From Myxococcota bacterium (lineage in GTDB: Bacteria; Myxococcota_A; UBA796; CAJQPC01): a DNA stretch of 64,000 bases. This document shows, in pieces, positions 29,526 to 38,920 of this stretch. Under the pieces are notes generated by a model. That model was not told the origin of the DNA, ran no database searches, and saw only the letters and a list, made by a program, of their open reading frames with translations. A program made the position numbers and the translations under genes. How positions within the stretch are numbered: the first letter of the stretch is position 1; every line of letters begins with the position of its first letter. Location of the stretch: contig JAZAMN010000022.1 in the NCBI GenBank assembly GCA_036229005.1, forward strand, positions 1 through 64,000, read 5' to 3'.

Positions 29526-29705
29526 CACGCGCAGGCCGGTCTCCTGGCTCCTGGACCCTTGGGCTGGCCTTCCCGGAGCGCGCTCCAGTGGCAGTCAGCC
29601 AAGTCGCTCCCCGGGGGGAGCCGTCCAGTCACAGTGGCGGGGGCCGCGTCGGTTTCACACCGACTTCCCGTTTCACCCAGAGCGGACTCCGGGCACCTGC
29701 GCGTG
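29526..29705 (-). ncRNA. Cobalamin riboswitch
   Basis: Minus strand AGGTGC...GGTGAAACGGGAAGTCGGTG...CCCCCGCCACTGTG...CACTG...GGGAAGG...GAGCCAGGAGACCGGCCTG (B12 box). Confidence 0.92.
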
Positions 29706-29767
29706 GTTCAGACGTCAAAGAAGGTGGGCGTTGTACCCCCCGACGGCCCCGATGGCAAGTACATCGG

Positions 29768-30796
29768 CTAGGGATCCGCGGGGCCCAGGCACGCCAGCAG
29801 GCGGTCGCCCTGCGCGGGGGTCTGCGGGCTGATCCGGATGTGCTCAGGCAGACCAAAGGACACGCAACTCCGGACCACAACCCCTTGGGCCAGCAGGCGC
29901 TCAAAGCAGGCCTGGGCACCCGGGGTGCGCACGAGGAAATAGGGCGCGTGACCGCCCTGCACCGCCCAGCCCAGGTCCGCGATGGCGCCCATCAGGCGCT
30001 CCCGCTCCCGCCAGACGGCCGCGATCCCAGGGGCGTAGAGCTGGGGGTGGGAGACCGCGACGGTGGCGGCGGCCTGGGCCAGGGCGTTGACCCCCCAAGG
30101 CAGCAGGAGCGCGCGCACGGCGGCCAGAAAGCCCGGGTCCCCGACGGCGTATCCGACCCGCAGCCCGGCCAGCGCGTGGTCCTTGGTGAGCGAGCGGAGC
30201 ACCAGCCGCCCAGGGCGCCAGGCGGGCGCCGGCGGGGGCTGCAGGAAGCCCATGTAGGCCTCGTCGATCAGCAGCGGGGCGATCCCCTGGAGCTGGGCCA
30301 GGATGTCCTCGCTGGTGAGCCGACCTGTGGGGTTGTTGGGGTTGCACACCACGATGAGCTGCGGTGAGCTGGCCCGCACCCGAGCGGGCAGATCCGCTCC
30401 CTCCTGGACCTGGACGGGCTCGGCCCCCGCCTGGAGCACGGCGGCCCGGTATTCGCCGAAGGTGGGCCCGACGATGGCCACGCGGTCCCCGGGGCCCACG
30501 CAGGCCCGGACGGCGGCGTAGAGCAGCTCGATGGAGCCGTTGCCCACCAGGAGCTGGGCTTGAGGGAGTCCGGTGTGCGCGCTGAGGGCGGCGAGCAGGC
30601 CGGTGCAGTGGGGGTCGGGGTAGGCGCGCACGTCGCAGGCGGCGAGGGCCCGCAGCACGGGCTGCGGCGTCGGGATGGGCAGCAGGGTGGCCGAGAAGTC
30701 GATCAGGGCGTCGGGGTCCAGGCCGCGCGCGGCGAGCTGGCGCTTGCCTCCGTGGGGCACGGGCTGCAGGCGACGCACCCAGGGCTTGGGGATCAT
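29768..30796 (-). CDS. cobD: L-threonine-O-3-phosphate decarboxylase (class I/II aminotransferase)
   Basis: HGG, DFSA, GNGSIEL, PTFGEY, CNPNNPTG, DEAY, RSLTKDHALAGLRVGY; cobalamin context. Confidence 0.8.
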   Translation of the reverse strand: MIPKPWVRRLQPVPHGGKRQLAARGLDPDALIDFSATLLPIPTPQPVLRALAACDVRAYPDPHCTGLLAALSAHTGLPQAQLLVGNGSIELLYAAVRACVGPGDRVAIVGPTFGEYRAAVLQAGAEPVQVQEGADLPARVRASSPQLIVVCNPNNPTGRLTSEDILAQLQGIAPLLIDEAYMGFLQPPPAPAWRPGRLVLRSLTKDHALAGLRVGYAVGDPGFLAAVRALLLPWGVNALAQAAATVAVSHPQLYAPGIAAVWRERERLMGAIADLGWAVQGGHAPYFLVRTPGAQACFERLLAQGVVVRSCVSFGLPEHIRISPQTPAQGDRLLACLGPADP

Positions 30797-31452
30797 GGGG
30801 ACTCCAGGCAGGCGCGCCCGCCAGCGCGCACGGCATCCAGCACGCAGCGGCCCACCGCGCTGCCGATGGCGGTGTGTTTTCCGGCGAACGCAAGGGGGGC
30901 GGCGCCGGTGAGGGGCGCGGCGACCACGACGCAGTCGGTCCCGGTGCCGGTGGCGCGGTCTCCGGAGCGGACGCTGGCCACGCCCAGCTCGTGTACGGCC
31001 AAGGTGCGGGCCTCGACGGCCAGGCTCAAGACCTCCAGCAGCGCGGCGGCGCTCAGAGGCTGGCCCACCTGGACCAGGAGGTTGATGGTCCCGGCCACAG
31101 GCGCCAACCCCGGGGGATCCCCGATCCGGAGCCGGTTGCCCAGCCCCACGGTGGCCACGCACTCCGCGGCGGCGCGCTCCCCCTGGTGCTCCAGCTCGGC
31201 CCGGCAGTGGACCACCCGCGAGACGGAGGCCGAGGTCAGCAGCCCCACGGCCTCCGGTCGCCCACAGCCGCTCAGAGCCCCGCGCAGCAGCGCGCCCGCG
31301 TCCACATCCAGGCCCAGATCGCCGTCGCGCACCTGCCGCCAGACCACGGCCTGGGCCTCCCGCAGGCCGCCGCCCTCCAGCGCCCAGCTCAGGACCCGGT
31401 GGGGCGCGCCCAGGTCGACCGCCAAGATCGGCGGGCGCAGGCTCAGCTCCAC
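30793..31452 (-). CDS. cbiZ: Adenosylcobinamide amidohydrolase
   Basis: VLSWA..GGG, VGLLTS, TVGLGN, GTINL, ATGTGTDC, FAGKHT. Confidence 0.88.
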   Translation of the reverse strand: MELSLRPPILAVDLGAPHRVLSWALEGGGLREAQAVVWRQVRDGDLGLDVDAGALLRGALSGCGRPEAVGLLTSASVSRVVHCRAELEHQGERAAAECVATVGLGNRLRIGDPPGLAPVAGTINLLVQVGQPLSAAALLEVLSLAVEARTLAVHELGVASVRSGDRATGTGTDCVVVAAPLTGAAPLAFAGKHTAIGSAVGRCVLDAVRAGGRACLESP

Positions 31453-32360
31453 AGCGCCCCCAGGACGGCAGCCGTCAGGCCCCCATGGAGCAGCATCGCC
31501 CGCTGGGAGAGGGTGCAGGCCAGCCTCAGATCCGCCGCACCGCAGGCCCGCCCCGGGGCGCCCAGGGTGTAGTGCCCCGGCTTGTCCAGGCGCACCCCGA
31601 GCAGCCCGGCCATCGTCGCCATCGGCCACCCCGCGTTGGGGCTGGAGGTGACCCGGCGGTCGCGCCAGAGGGTCCGGAGCCCCCCACGCACCGAGGCCTG
31701 GGGCACGCTCAAGCCCACCAGCAAGAGCCACAGCGCGGTCAACCGCGCCGGGAGCAGGTTCAGCAGGTCGTCCAGGCGGGCGGCGGGCTTGCCCAGCCAC
31801 TCGTAGCGGGGGGTGCGGTAGCCGATCATCGCGTCCAGGGTGTTCACGCAGCGGTAGGCCAGCAGCGCGGGCAGGCCGAGCTCCAGGGGGCTCCCCAGCA
31901 CCAGCCAACACAGGGGCGCGACCAGGCTGTCCGAGGCGTTCTCCGCGATGCTCTCCGTCGCCGCCGCCGCGAGCTGGGGGGCCGTCAGCGCCTGCGGATC
32001 CCGACTGCACAGCCAGGACAGTCCGCCCCGAGCGGCCTCCAGGTCCCCCGCCTCCAGCGCGTCCGCCACCCGGTGCCCCGCCGACACCAGCCCCCACCAC
32101 GAGAAGCCCGAGGTCAGCAGCCAGAGCGCCAGGACCGGTCCCGCCCAAGGCACCCGCTCCAAGAGCCCCAGCGCGGAGAAGGCCAGCGGGAGCCCCAGCG
32201 CCATCGCCGTGCCGTGGAGCAGCGCGCCGACCCGCCCCGCAGGCGCCCGCTCCCGGAGCCAGCCGACGGCGTTGCCCATCCACACCACCGGGTGGACCTT
32301 GAGGGGGGGCTCACCCACCCGATCCAAGGCCAGCGCCCCGAGCAGCAAGAGCCCGCTCAC
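31443..32360 (-). CDS. cbiB: Adenosylcobinamide-phosphate synthase
   Basis: GEPPLKVHPVVWMG, ESIAENASD, YRCVNTLDAMIGYR, ARLDD, SPNAGWP. Confidence 0.92.
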   Translation of the reverse strand: MSGLLLLGALALDRVGEPPLKVHPVVWMGNAVGWLRERAPAGRVGALLHGTAMALGLPLAFSALGLLERVPWAGPVLALWLLTSGFSWWGLVSAGHRVADALEAGDLEAARGGLSWLCSRDPQALTAPQLAAAATESIAENASDSLVAPLCWLVLGSPLELGLPALLAYRCVNTLDAMIGYRTPRYEWLGKPAARLDDLLNLLPARLTALWLLLVGLSVPQASVRGGLRTLWRDRRVTSSPNAGWPMATMAGLLGVRLDKPGHYTLGAPGRACGAADLRLACTLSQRAMLLHGGLTAAVLGALWS

Positions 32361-33100
32361 AGCAGGCCGAACCCCGCCAGCACCAGCAGCTCCGTGCCCA
32401 CGCAGGCGGCCCCCAACAGGTCCCCGGTGATCCCCCCCAGGCGCCGCCGGAACCACAGGCCCAGCAGGAGGGTGAGGATCCCGGCGCCCAGCAACAGCAG
32501 CCCACCCATGGGCCCCAACAGCGCGCCGCACAGCCCGACAACCACCCCAAAAGCGAGGACAGACCGTCCCCACCCCAGCCCCGGCACCATGCGGTCGGCC
32601 AGGCCCTTGTTCTCCTGCCGGGCGTAGGGCAGCGCGGCCATGAGCAGCAGGGTGGACCAGCGGCCCAGGGCGTGGGCGAGCAGCAGCGCGGGCAGCCACT
32701 GGGCGGGCTCCAGGGCGCGCAGGGCCTCCAGGCGCAGGGCGAAGGCCACGACCACCGCGACCACCCCGTAGGCCCCCACCCGGCTGTCCCGGAAGATACG
32801 CAGGGCGCTCTCCCGATCCCGCCCGCCGCCCAGGCCATCGGCGGTGTCGGCCAGGCCGTCTTCGTGCAGCGCGCCCGTGAGCAGCGGACCGAGCGAAAGC
32901 ACGCCCAGCGCCACGCTCAACCCCGGCGACAGGCCCAGGGTGTGCAGGCCCAGCGCAGCGCCGCCCAGGGCGGCCCCGATCCCCGCGCCCACCACCGGGA
33001 ACCAGGGCGTGGCGCGGGCCAGGTCGTCCTCGCGGTAGTCGCGGGGCCACCCCAGGGGGATGCGCGTCAGGAAGGTGATGGCGGTGGCCAGGCCTCTCAT
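32357..33100 (-). CDS. cobS: Adenosylcobinamide-GDP ribazoletransferase
   Basis: FLTRIP, TGALHEDGLADTADG, DSRVGAYG, GGITGDLLGA. Confidence 0.93.
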   Translation of the reverse strand: MRGLATAITFLTRIPLGWPRDYREDDLARATPWFPVVGAGIGAALGGAALGLHTLGLSPGLSVALGVLSLGPLLTGALHEDGLADTADGLGGGRDRESALRIFRDSRVGAYGVVAVVVAFALRLEALRALEPAQWLPALLLAHALGRWSTLLLMAALPYARQENKGLADRMVPGLGWGRSVLAFGVVVGLCGALLGPMGGLLLLGAGILTLLLGLWFRRRLGGITGDLLGAACVGTELLVLAGFGLL

Positions 33101-33107
33101 GCGGGGC

Positions 33108-34142
33108 TCACTCCGGGGGCGGTCCGGCGGCGGCCAGGACCTCCTGGAGGGTGGCCATCTCCGACATCACGGCGCAGGCGGAGCGCAGCATGGGCAGGCA
33201 GAGGGCGGCGCCGCTGGCCTCGCCGAGGCGCAAGCCCCAGTCCAGCAGGGCCTCGCCGGCGCCCAGAGCCTCCAAGATGGCCCGGTGGCCAGGCTCAGCG
33301 GAGGCGGTGGCCGGTCGAATGAAGCGGGCCAGGGATCCCCTCCCCTTCACCGCGCAGAGCGCCGCAGCGCCCACGATGAAGCCGTCCAACAACACGGGGA
33401 TGCCCCGCTCGGCGGCTCCTTCGATGCAGCCGGCGATCGCGGCGAGCTCCAAGCCCCCCAGATCGGCCATCGCGGCCCAGGGGTCGCTGGGGCCATCGCG
33501 GTCCAGGGCGGCCTGCACGACGGCGACCTTGTGGGCGACACCCGCCGGGTCCAGGCCCGTCCCGGGGCCCACCATCTCCTGCGCGGAGCGGCCCAGCAGG
33601 CGGGCGGAGAGCGCAGCGGCGGGGGTGGTGTTGCCGATGCCCATCTCGCCGAGGGCGAGCACCTGGATCCCGTCCCGGGCGGCCCGCTCGGCGGCGTCCA
33701 CACCGGCCTGTCGCGCGGCCTGGAGCTGCTCGGGGGTCAGCGCGGGGCCCAGCATCAGGTCGGCGCTGCCCCGGGCCACCTTGGCGTTCACCACGGACAC
33801 GCCGGGGGCGGGCGCAGGCAGCACGTCCAGGCCGGCCACGCCCACGTCCACGACCTCCAGCTCCGCGCCCGCCTGGCGCGCCAGAACGGACACCGCCGCC
33901 TTGCCCGCCGCGAAGGTGTGCACCATCGCCACGGTCACCGCCTGCGGGTAGGGACTCACGCCCTGCGCCACCACGCCGTGATCGCCGGCGAACACGACCA
34001 CGCGGGCCTTGTCGGCCTGGGGCATCGGGGTGTCCTGACACTCGGCCAGCCACAGGGCCAGCGCCTCCAGCCGCCCCAGGCTGCCGGGGGGCTTGGCCAG
34101 GGAATCCAGGTGGGCCTGCGCGGCCTCCACGCTCTCGCTCAT
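33108..34142 (-). CDS. cobT: Nicotinate-nucleotide:DMB phosphoribosyltransferase
   Basis: KPPGSLGRLE, FAGDHGV, GEMGIGNTT, LDGFI, LRLGEASGA. Confidence 0.93.
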   Translation of the reverse strand: MSESVEAAQAHLDSLAKPPGSLGRLEALALWLAECQDTPMPQADKARVVVFAGDHGVVAQGVSPYPQAVTVAMVHTFAAGKAAVSVLARQAGAELEVVDVGVAGLDVLPAPAPGVSVVNAKVARGSADLMLGPALTPEQLQAARQAGVDAAERAARDGIQVLALGEMGIGNTTPAAALSARLLGRSAQEMVGPGTGLDPAGVAHKVAVVQAALDRDGPSDPWAAMADLGGLELAAIAGCIEGAAERGIPVLLDGFIVGAAALCAVKGRGSLARFIRPATASAEPGHRAILEALGAGEALLDWGLRLGEASGAALCLPMLRSACAVMSEMATLQEVLAAAGPPPE

Positions 34143-34648
34143 CGCGTCTCCTTCAGGGTGAGGACCTGCCCCAGAGCCACCAGCTCCACGCGGTCACAGA
34201 GTTCAGCCAGGCGCTGGCCCAGGAAGCCGGCCTCATCGCGGAAGCGGCGCGCCAGGGGGTTCAGGGGGACGATGCCCAGCCCGACCTCGTTGGTGACCAG
34301 GATGACGGGGTTGGGCGCAGCCTGCAGCGCATCGGCCAGAGCGGTGAAGTCGGCATCCAGCGGGCCCTCCTTCCGCTCGTGCAGCAGGTTCGAGACCCAG
34401 AGCGTCAGGCAGTCCAGGAGCACGACCTTGCCGGGCTGGTGCAGGTGGGGGGCCACGTCGATGGGGGCCTCGATGGTGGTCCAGCCGGCGCCGCGGTCCG
34501 CCTGGTGTCGGGCGATGCGGTCGGTCATCTCGGCGTCGAAGGCCTGTCCGGTCGCCAGGTAGACGCGCTCGGGGGCCAAAGACTCGGCCAGGGCCTGGGC
34601 GCGGCGGCTCTTCCCGCTGCGGGCGCCGCCGGTGATGAGGGCCTTCAT
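34139..34648 (-). CDS. cobU: Bifunctional adenosylcobinamide kinase/phosphate guanylyltransferase
   Basis: ITGGARSGKS, RIARHQADR, LLDCLTLWVSN, TNEVGLGIVP, FRDEAG. Confidence 0.92.
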   Translation of the reverse strand: MKALITGGARSGKSRRAQALAESLAPERVYLATGQAFDAEMTDRIARHQADRGAGWTTIEAPIDVAPHLHQPGKVVLLDCLTLWVSNLLHERKEGPLDADFTALADALQAAPNPVILVTNEVGLGIVPLNPLARRFRDEAGFLGQRLAELCDRVELVALGQVLTLKETR

Positions 34649-35313
34649 GGGGTGCCTCCAAGGGGCAGGGCGTGGGCCGTCTGCAGGGGACTCAGGGGCA
34701 CGCGCGCGTCCCACTCCACCCGCTCGATGCGGTCGAAGGACAGGGGAATGGGGGGCAGCGCGCGCAGCGCGGAGAGCGCCTGGACGATGGGCCCGGTGGG
34801 GGTGGCCGGGTGGAAGAGCCCCACGGTGACGTGCGGCGCGTAGGGCGAGAAGCGCAGGTCCCGAGAGCCCTGGGAGAGGCGGGCTCTGAGGCCCTCCAGA
34901 GCGCCTTCGGCGTCGTCCACCTCCAGGACCGCGCAGCCCTCGAAGCAGCTCGCCGATCCCACCCGCAAGCGAGGACAGGCTGCCCCGCTCAGGGCCTGGG
35001 CCTGCGCCGCGAGCTGGCCGGCGTCCACGCTGTCCTCCACCCACCCGGGGGGCAAGGGCTCGGCGCTGGGGCCGTCCACGAAGCCGGCTACCCACACGGT
35101 GATGTGCAGGTCGCTGCTGGGTAGCGGGCGCAGCCACGGAGACAGCGCCTGGGCCACCTGCCGGACGCGCCGAACCGCCTCGGATGCGCCCACCCGCAGC
35201 ACCCACGCGGAATAGCGCGCGCGCCCCCGCAGCCAGGCCTGTCGGCCACCCGGCGGGGGATCTGCGGTGTGGGGCAGCGCGCAGAAGCGCGCCCAGGCGG
35301 CCGGCCAGTCCAT
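34645..35313 (-). CDS. 2H phosphoesterase (2'-5' RNA ligase/LigT-like)
   Basis: Two HxT motifs (LHITV, PHVTV) about 85 aa apart; overlaps the cobO stop and the cobU start. Confidence 0.75.
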   Translation of the reverse strand: MDWPAAWARFCALPHTADPPPGGRQAWLRGRARYSAWVLRVGASEAVRRVRQVAQALSPWLRPLPSSDLHITVWVAGFVDGPSAEPLPPGWVEDSVDAGQLAAQAQALSGAACPRLRVGSASCFEGCAVLEVDDAEGALEGLRARLSQGSRDLRFSPYAPHVTVGLFHPATPTGPIVQALSALRALPPIPLSFDRIERVEWDARVPLSPLQTAHALPLGGTP

Positions 35314-35915
35314 CAGAACTCGACGCCCTTGCGCGCCCGGATGCCGGCGTCGAAGGCGTGCTTGACCAGGGTGTGCTCGGTGACGGTGTCGGCGGCGTCG
35401 ATCACGGCCTGGGGCGCGTTGCGGCCGGTGACCACGATGGAGACGTGCTCGGGCTTGTTGCGGAGCACCTGGGCGACCTCGTCGGCGTCCAGGTAGTCGT
35501 AGCGCAGGGCGATGTTCAGCTCGTCCAGCACCACCACGTCGTGGGCGCCGCCCTGGATGAACTCCTTGGCCATCGCCCAGCCCCGCTCAGCCGCGGCGAT
35601 GTCCTTGGCGCGGTCCTGGGTGTTCCAGGTGAAGCCCTCGCCGGAGACCACGTGGGTGATCTCGGGGAAGCGCTTGAGGGCGGCCTGCTCGCCGGTCTTC
35701 CAGGTGCCCTTGATGAACTGGACGACGGCCACCTGCTGGCCGTGCCCGGCGGCGCGGATTGCCACCCCAAAGCCAGCGGTGGACTTGCCCTTTCCGTCAC
35801 CGGTGTGGACGATCACCACGCCGCGCTTGATGTCCTTGGAGCGCGCCTTGGCGTCCTGCTCGGCCTTGAGGGCGGCCATGGCGGCCTTGTGCTCTTGTTC
35901 GGTGGGCTGGCTCAT
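35313..35915 (-). CDS. cobO: Corrinoid adenosyltransferase (CobO/BtuR/CobA)
   Basis: HTGDGKGKSTAGFG, QFIKG, GEGFTW, VLDELN, TGRNAP, KHAFDAGI. Confidence 0.93.
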   Translation of the reverse strand: MSQPTEQEHKAAMAALKAEQDAKARSKDIKRGVVIVHTGDGKGKSTAGFGVAIRAAGHGQQVAVVQFIKGTWKTGEQAALKRFPEITHVVSGEGFTWNTQDRAKDIAAAERGWAMAKEFIQGGAHDVVVLDELNIALRYDYLDADEVAQVLRNKPEHVSIVVTGRNAPQAVIDAADTVTEHTLVKHAFDAGIRARKGVEF

Positions 35916-36862
35916 TGGGGGCTCCGGGGGTGGACACGGGGTTGCAGCTCCTGGGCGGTCTTGAGCACGCCCAGGCCGGGGTCATTGGGGTAGCTGGGGG
36001 GCAGCTCGACGATCCGCCCGCCTTCGTGGCAGGCGCGGAGCTGCTCCAGGATGGAGTGCCGGCAGATGGTCGGGGTGCTGCCGCTGGGGGCCAGGATCAG
36101 GGGGGGATCCAGGGCCAGCAGGTCCTCGGCGCTGTAGCGGGGCCACATCTGGTGGCCGGCGTCCGCCGCCACGTCGTGGATGCCGCTCAGGCGCAGCATG
36201 TCGCCGTAGCTGGTGCCTTGGGTGCCGCCGTACCAGGCGTCCCCAATGACGCTCAAGTAGATGCCGTCGATGCGCTGGTCGGGCGGAACGGCCAGCTCCA
36301 GGGCGCGCTCCTGCAGGTCCAGGCTGCGCAGCAGGGCGTCTCCGCGGGCCGGGGCGCCGACGAGCTGGGAGAGCAGGCGGATGTCCTCGCGGGTGGACTC
36401 CAGACCGTACATGCCGCCCAGGTCGAAGGTGGGGATGCCCTCCTCCTCCAAGCGGGCGAGCAGCGCAGCGTCCACAAAGTTGGAGACGATCACCAGGTCG
36501 GGCTGGGCGCGGAGGATGGCCTCCAGGCGGTTGTTCTGTCCGATGGGGATCTGGGCGGAGAAGCGCCAGCCCTCGGAGTTGCCGGCGACGTTGGCCTCGG
36601 TGATGGCCACGAGCCGGCTGGGCTCCACCAGCTCCAGCAGCAGGTGGTCGGCGACCATGTGCAGGGAGACGATGCGCTGGTAGTCGGCCACGGGGACGGC
36701 GATCCCGCGGCCATCCACGACCTCGGTGAGCGCGGCGGTGCTCTGGGCGGTGGACACGGAACCGGTGACCTCGGCGGCGGGCGGCGCAGCCCACATGGCC
36801 CCGGCCACCGAGCCCGCCAGAGCGGTGAGGAGCAGAGCCCCGTTGAGCAGCTCAGCCTTCAC
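35912..36862 (-). CDS. btuF: Cobalamin ABC transporter substrate-binding protein
   Basis: VDGRG..V...YQRIVSL, EAILRAQPDLVI class III SBP motifs; riboswitch operon. Confidence 0.78.
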   Translation of the reverse strand: MKAELLNGALLLTALAGSVAGAMWAAPPAAEVTGSVSTAQSTAALTEVVDGRGIAVPVADYQRIVSLHMVADHLLLELVEPSRLVAITEANVAGNSEGWRFSAQIPIGQNNRLEAILRAQPDLVIVSNFVDAALLARLEEEGIPTFDLGGMYGLESTREDIRLLSQLVGAPARGDALLRSLDLQERALELAVPPDQRIDGIYLSVIGDAWYGGTQGTSYGDMLRLSGIHDVAADAGHQMWPRYSAEDLLALDPPLILAPSGSTPTICRHSILEQLRACHEGGRIVELPPSYPNDPGLGVLKTAQELQPRVHPRSPQ

Positions 36863-37599
36863 TCCCCCTCCCCGGGCAGCGACCAGGACGGGGCCTGGCC
36901 GGGGTGCATCTGGACGCCGTAGACCTGCAGGATGGGCTCGGGGGCGACGATCCCGGAGACCGGTCCGAAGGCGTGGACGCGGCCCTCGTGCAGGAGCACG
37001 GCGTCGTCGGCGTGGCGCTGGGCCTCGGCGAGATCGTGGAGGACGGAGACCACCAGGTGGCCCTGGTCGGCGAGCTCCCGCAGCACGCGGTGGATGGCGA
37101 GGGCGTGGCCCAGGTCCAGGGCGGAGGTGGCTTCGTCCAACAGCAGGGTGGTGGCGCCGACGGCCAGGGCGCGGGCCAGCAAGACGCGCTGCCGCTCGCC
37201 GCCGGAGAGCTGGGTGAAGGGGCGCTCCGCCAGGGCGGTGATCGAGACGCGCTCCATGGCCTGGTCCACCTGCTTGCGGCCGCCGCCGCCGTGGACGAAG
37301 CGGCCCAGGGCGACCACCTCGCGCACGGAGAGGGGGGCGTTGAGCAGGCTGCGCTGGGGCACGTAGGCGACGCGGCGGGCGCGCTCGGGGGGCGACAGGG
37401 CGCCCAGCTCCTGGCCGTCCAGGGTGATGCGGCCCTGGCTGGGGAGCAGGCCCAGGATGGCCTTGAGCAGGGTGCTCTTGCCGACGCCGTTGGGGCCCAG
37501 CAGGGCGGTGATCCGGCCGCGCTCCAGGCGCAGGTCCACGCCGTCAAAGACCTGGTGGTCGCGGTGTCCGGCGCGCAGGCCGTGGAGCTCCAGGCTCAT
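36859..37599 (-). CDS. btuD: Cobalamin ABC transporter ATP-binding protein
   Basis: GPNGVGKST, LSGGERQRV, LLLDE, HDL. Confidence 0.85.
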   Translation of the reverse strand: MSLELHGLRAGHRDHQVFDGVDLRLERGRITALLGPNGVGKSTLLKAILGLLPSQGRITLDGQELGALSPPERARRVAYVPQRSLLNAPLSVREVVALGRFVHGGGGRKQVDQAMERVSITALAERPFTQLSGGERQRVLLARALAVGATTLLLDEATSALDLGHALAIHRVLRELADQGHLVVSVLHDLAEAQRHADDAVLLHEGRVHAFGPVSGIVAPEPILQVYGVQMHPGQAPSWSLPGEGE

Positions 37600-38597
37600 C
37601 CCAGCCTCCCCTGGCGGGCGGCGCGGGCCAGCAGGAAGAGGAACACGGGGGCGCCGACCAGGCCGGTGACGACGCCCAGGGGGAGCGCGCCGGTGGTGGG
37701 GGCCAGGCGGACGATGAGGTCGGCCCAGAGGACGAACGCGGCGCCCCCGACGGCGGCGGCGGGGAGCAGGCGGCGGTGGCCGGCGCCCAGGAAGGGACGG
37801 AGGCCGTGGGGGACGACCAACCCGACGAAGCTGAGGCCGCCCCCGATGGCGACGGCGGCGGCGGTGAGGGTGGCGGTCCAGACGATGACCCAGCGGCGCA
37901 CGCGGGGGACGTTGACGCCCAGAGAGGCGGCCTCGTCTTCGCCGGCCAGCAGCACGTCCAGGTGGCGGGACCAGCCCATGCCCGCGGCGAGTCCGGCGGC
38001 GACCAGGGGGAAGGCCAGCGCGACGTGCCGAGCGCCCTTGGTGTCGATGCCGCCCAGGGTGAAGGCGACCACGGCGCGGCCCAGCTCCCAGTTGTCCTGG
38101 GCGATGCTCATCATCAGGCCGCCCACGCTCAGGAAGAGGCTGCTGAGGATGAAGCCGGTGAGCAGGGTGGCCACCATGCCGGGGTTGCGCCCGCTGACCA
38201 GCAGCAGGAGCATCAGCGCGCCCCAAGCGCCCAGCAGGCACCCCAGGGGCAGCAGCAGCTCGGGGGGCAGGAAGCCCGGCAGCACGGCGGCCAGCAGGCC
38301 CTCCCACGCGACCATCACCAGCATGCCACCCAGGCTCGCGCCGGCGGTCGTGCCCAGGATCGAGGGGCTGGCCAAGGGGTTCCGGAACAGGCCCTGCACC
38401 AGCACGCCGCCCACAGCCAGGGCCGCCCCCGCCAGGCAGGCGTTGAGCACGCGCCAGAGCCGCAGGCGGAACAGGGTCTGCTCCAGCGCGCCCTGCTCCT
38501 GGCCGGAGCCCAGCCACAGCGCCAGGCCCACCCCGCCAAAGAACAGGAGCAGGAGCACGGTCCAGACGCCCAGGACGCCGCGGGGAGGAGCGCTCAA
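37596..38597 (-). CDS. btuC: Cobalamin ABC transporter permease (FecCD family)
   Basis: QGLFRNPLASPSILG, GEDEAASLG, FVGLVVPH, GAPVF. Confidence 0.88.
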   Translation of the reverse strand: MSAPPRGVLGVWTVLLLLFFGGVGLALWLGSGQEQGALEQTLFRLRLWRVLNACLAGAALAVGGVLVQGLFRNPLASPSILGTTAGASLGGMLVMVAWEGLLAAVLPGFLPPELLLPLGCLLGAWGALMLLLLVSGRNPGMVATLLTGFILSSLFLSVGGLMMSIAQDNWELGRAVVAFTLGGIDTKGARHVALAFPLVAAGLAAGMGWSRHLDVLLAGEDEAASLGVNVPRVRRWVIVWTATLTAAAVAIGGGLSFVGLVVPHGLRPFLGAGHRRLLPAAAVGGAAFVLWADLIVRLAPTTGALPLGVVTGLVGAPVFLFLLARAARQGRLG

Positions 38598-38671
38598 GGG
38601 TGCAGGGGGAGTGGGGGGCCAAGGGGCCCAGAGAGTCGCCGCATCCTTCCCTCCGAAGGACTGGGGTGATC

Positions 38672-38864
38672 GCAGAGGCCGGTCTCCTCGCTCCCGCTGA
38701 TGAGTCTCGGGGACTCCTCGCGCCGCGCCTTCCCAGGGGAGTCCCCAGTGGCATGTGCGGTGCGATTCAGCGGTCAGAGTGGCGGGGGCCGCGCCGGTTC
38801 GCGGAGGCCCCCAGGGGGGCGCGCGTCCGGACTTCCCGTTTCATCCCCGAAGGGACACCTCTGC
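38672..38864 (-). ncRNA. Cobalamin riboswitch
   Basis: Minus strand GCAGAGGTGT...GGATGAAACGGGAAGTCCGG...GGCCCCGCCACTCTG...GCCACTG...GGGAAGGC...GAGCGAGGAGACCGGCCTCTGC. Confidence 0.88.
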
Positions 38865-38920
38865 TGGGTCAATGAACTGGCGCCTGTCCTAGCGTGCGCT
38901 CCCCCCCCTCGCAAGCGCGC

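Noticed and set aside
29768..30796. hisC (histidinol-phosphate aminotransferase)
   Set aside because: Same fold, but the HGG N-terminus and position after cbiB-cbiZ favour cobD
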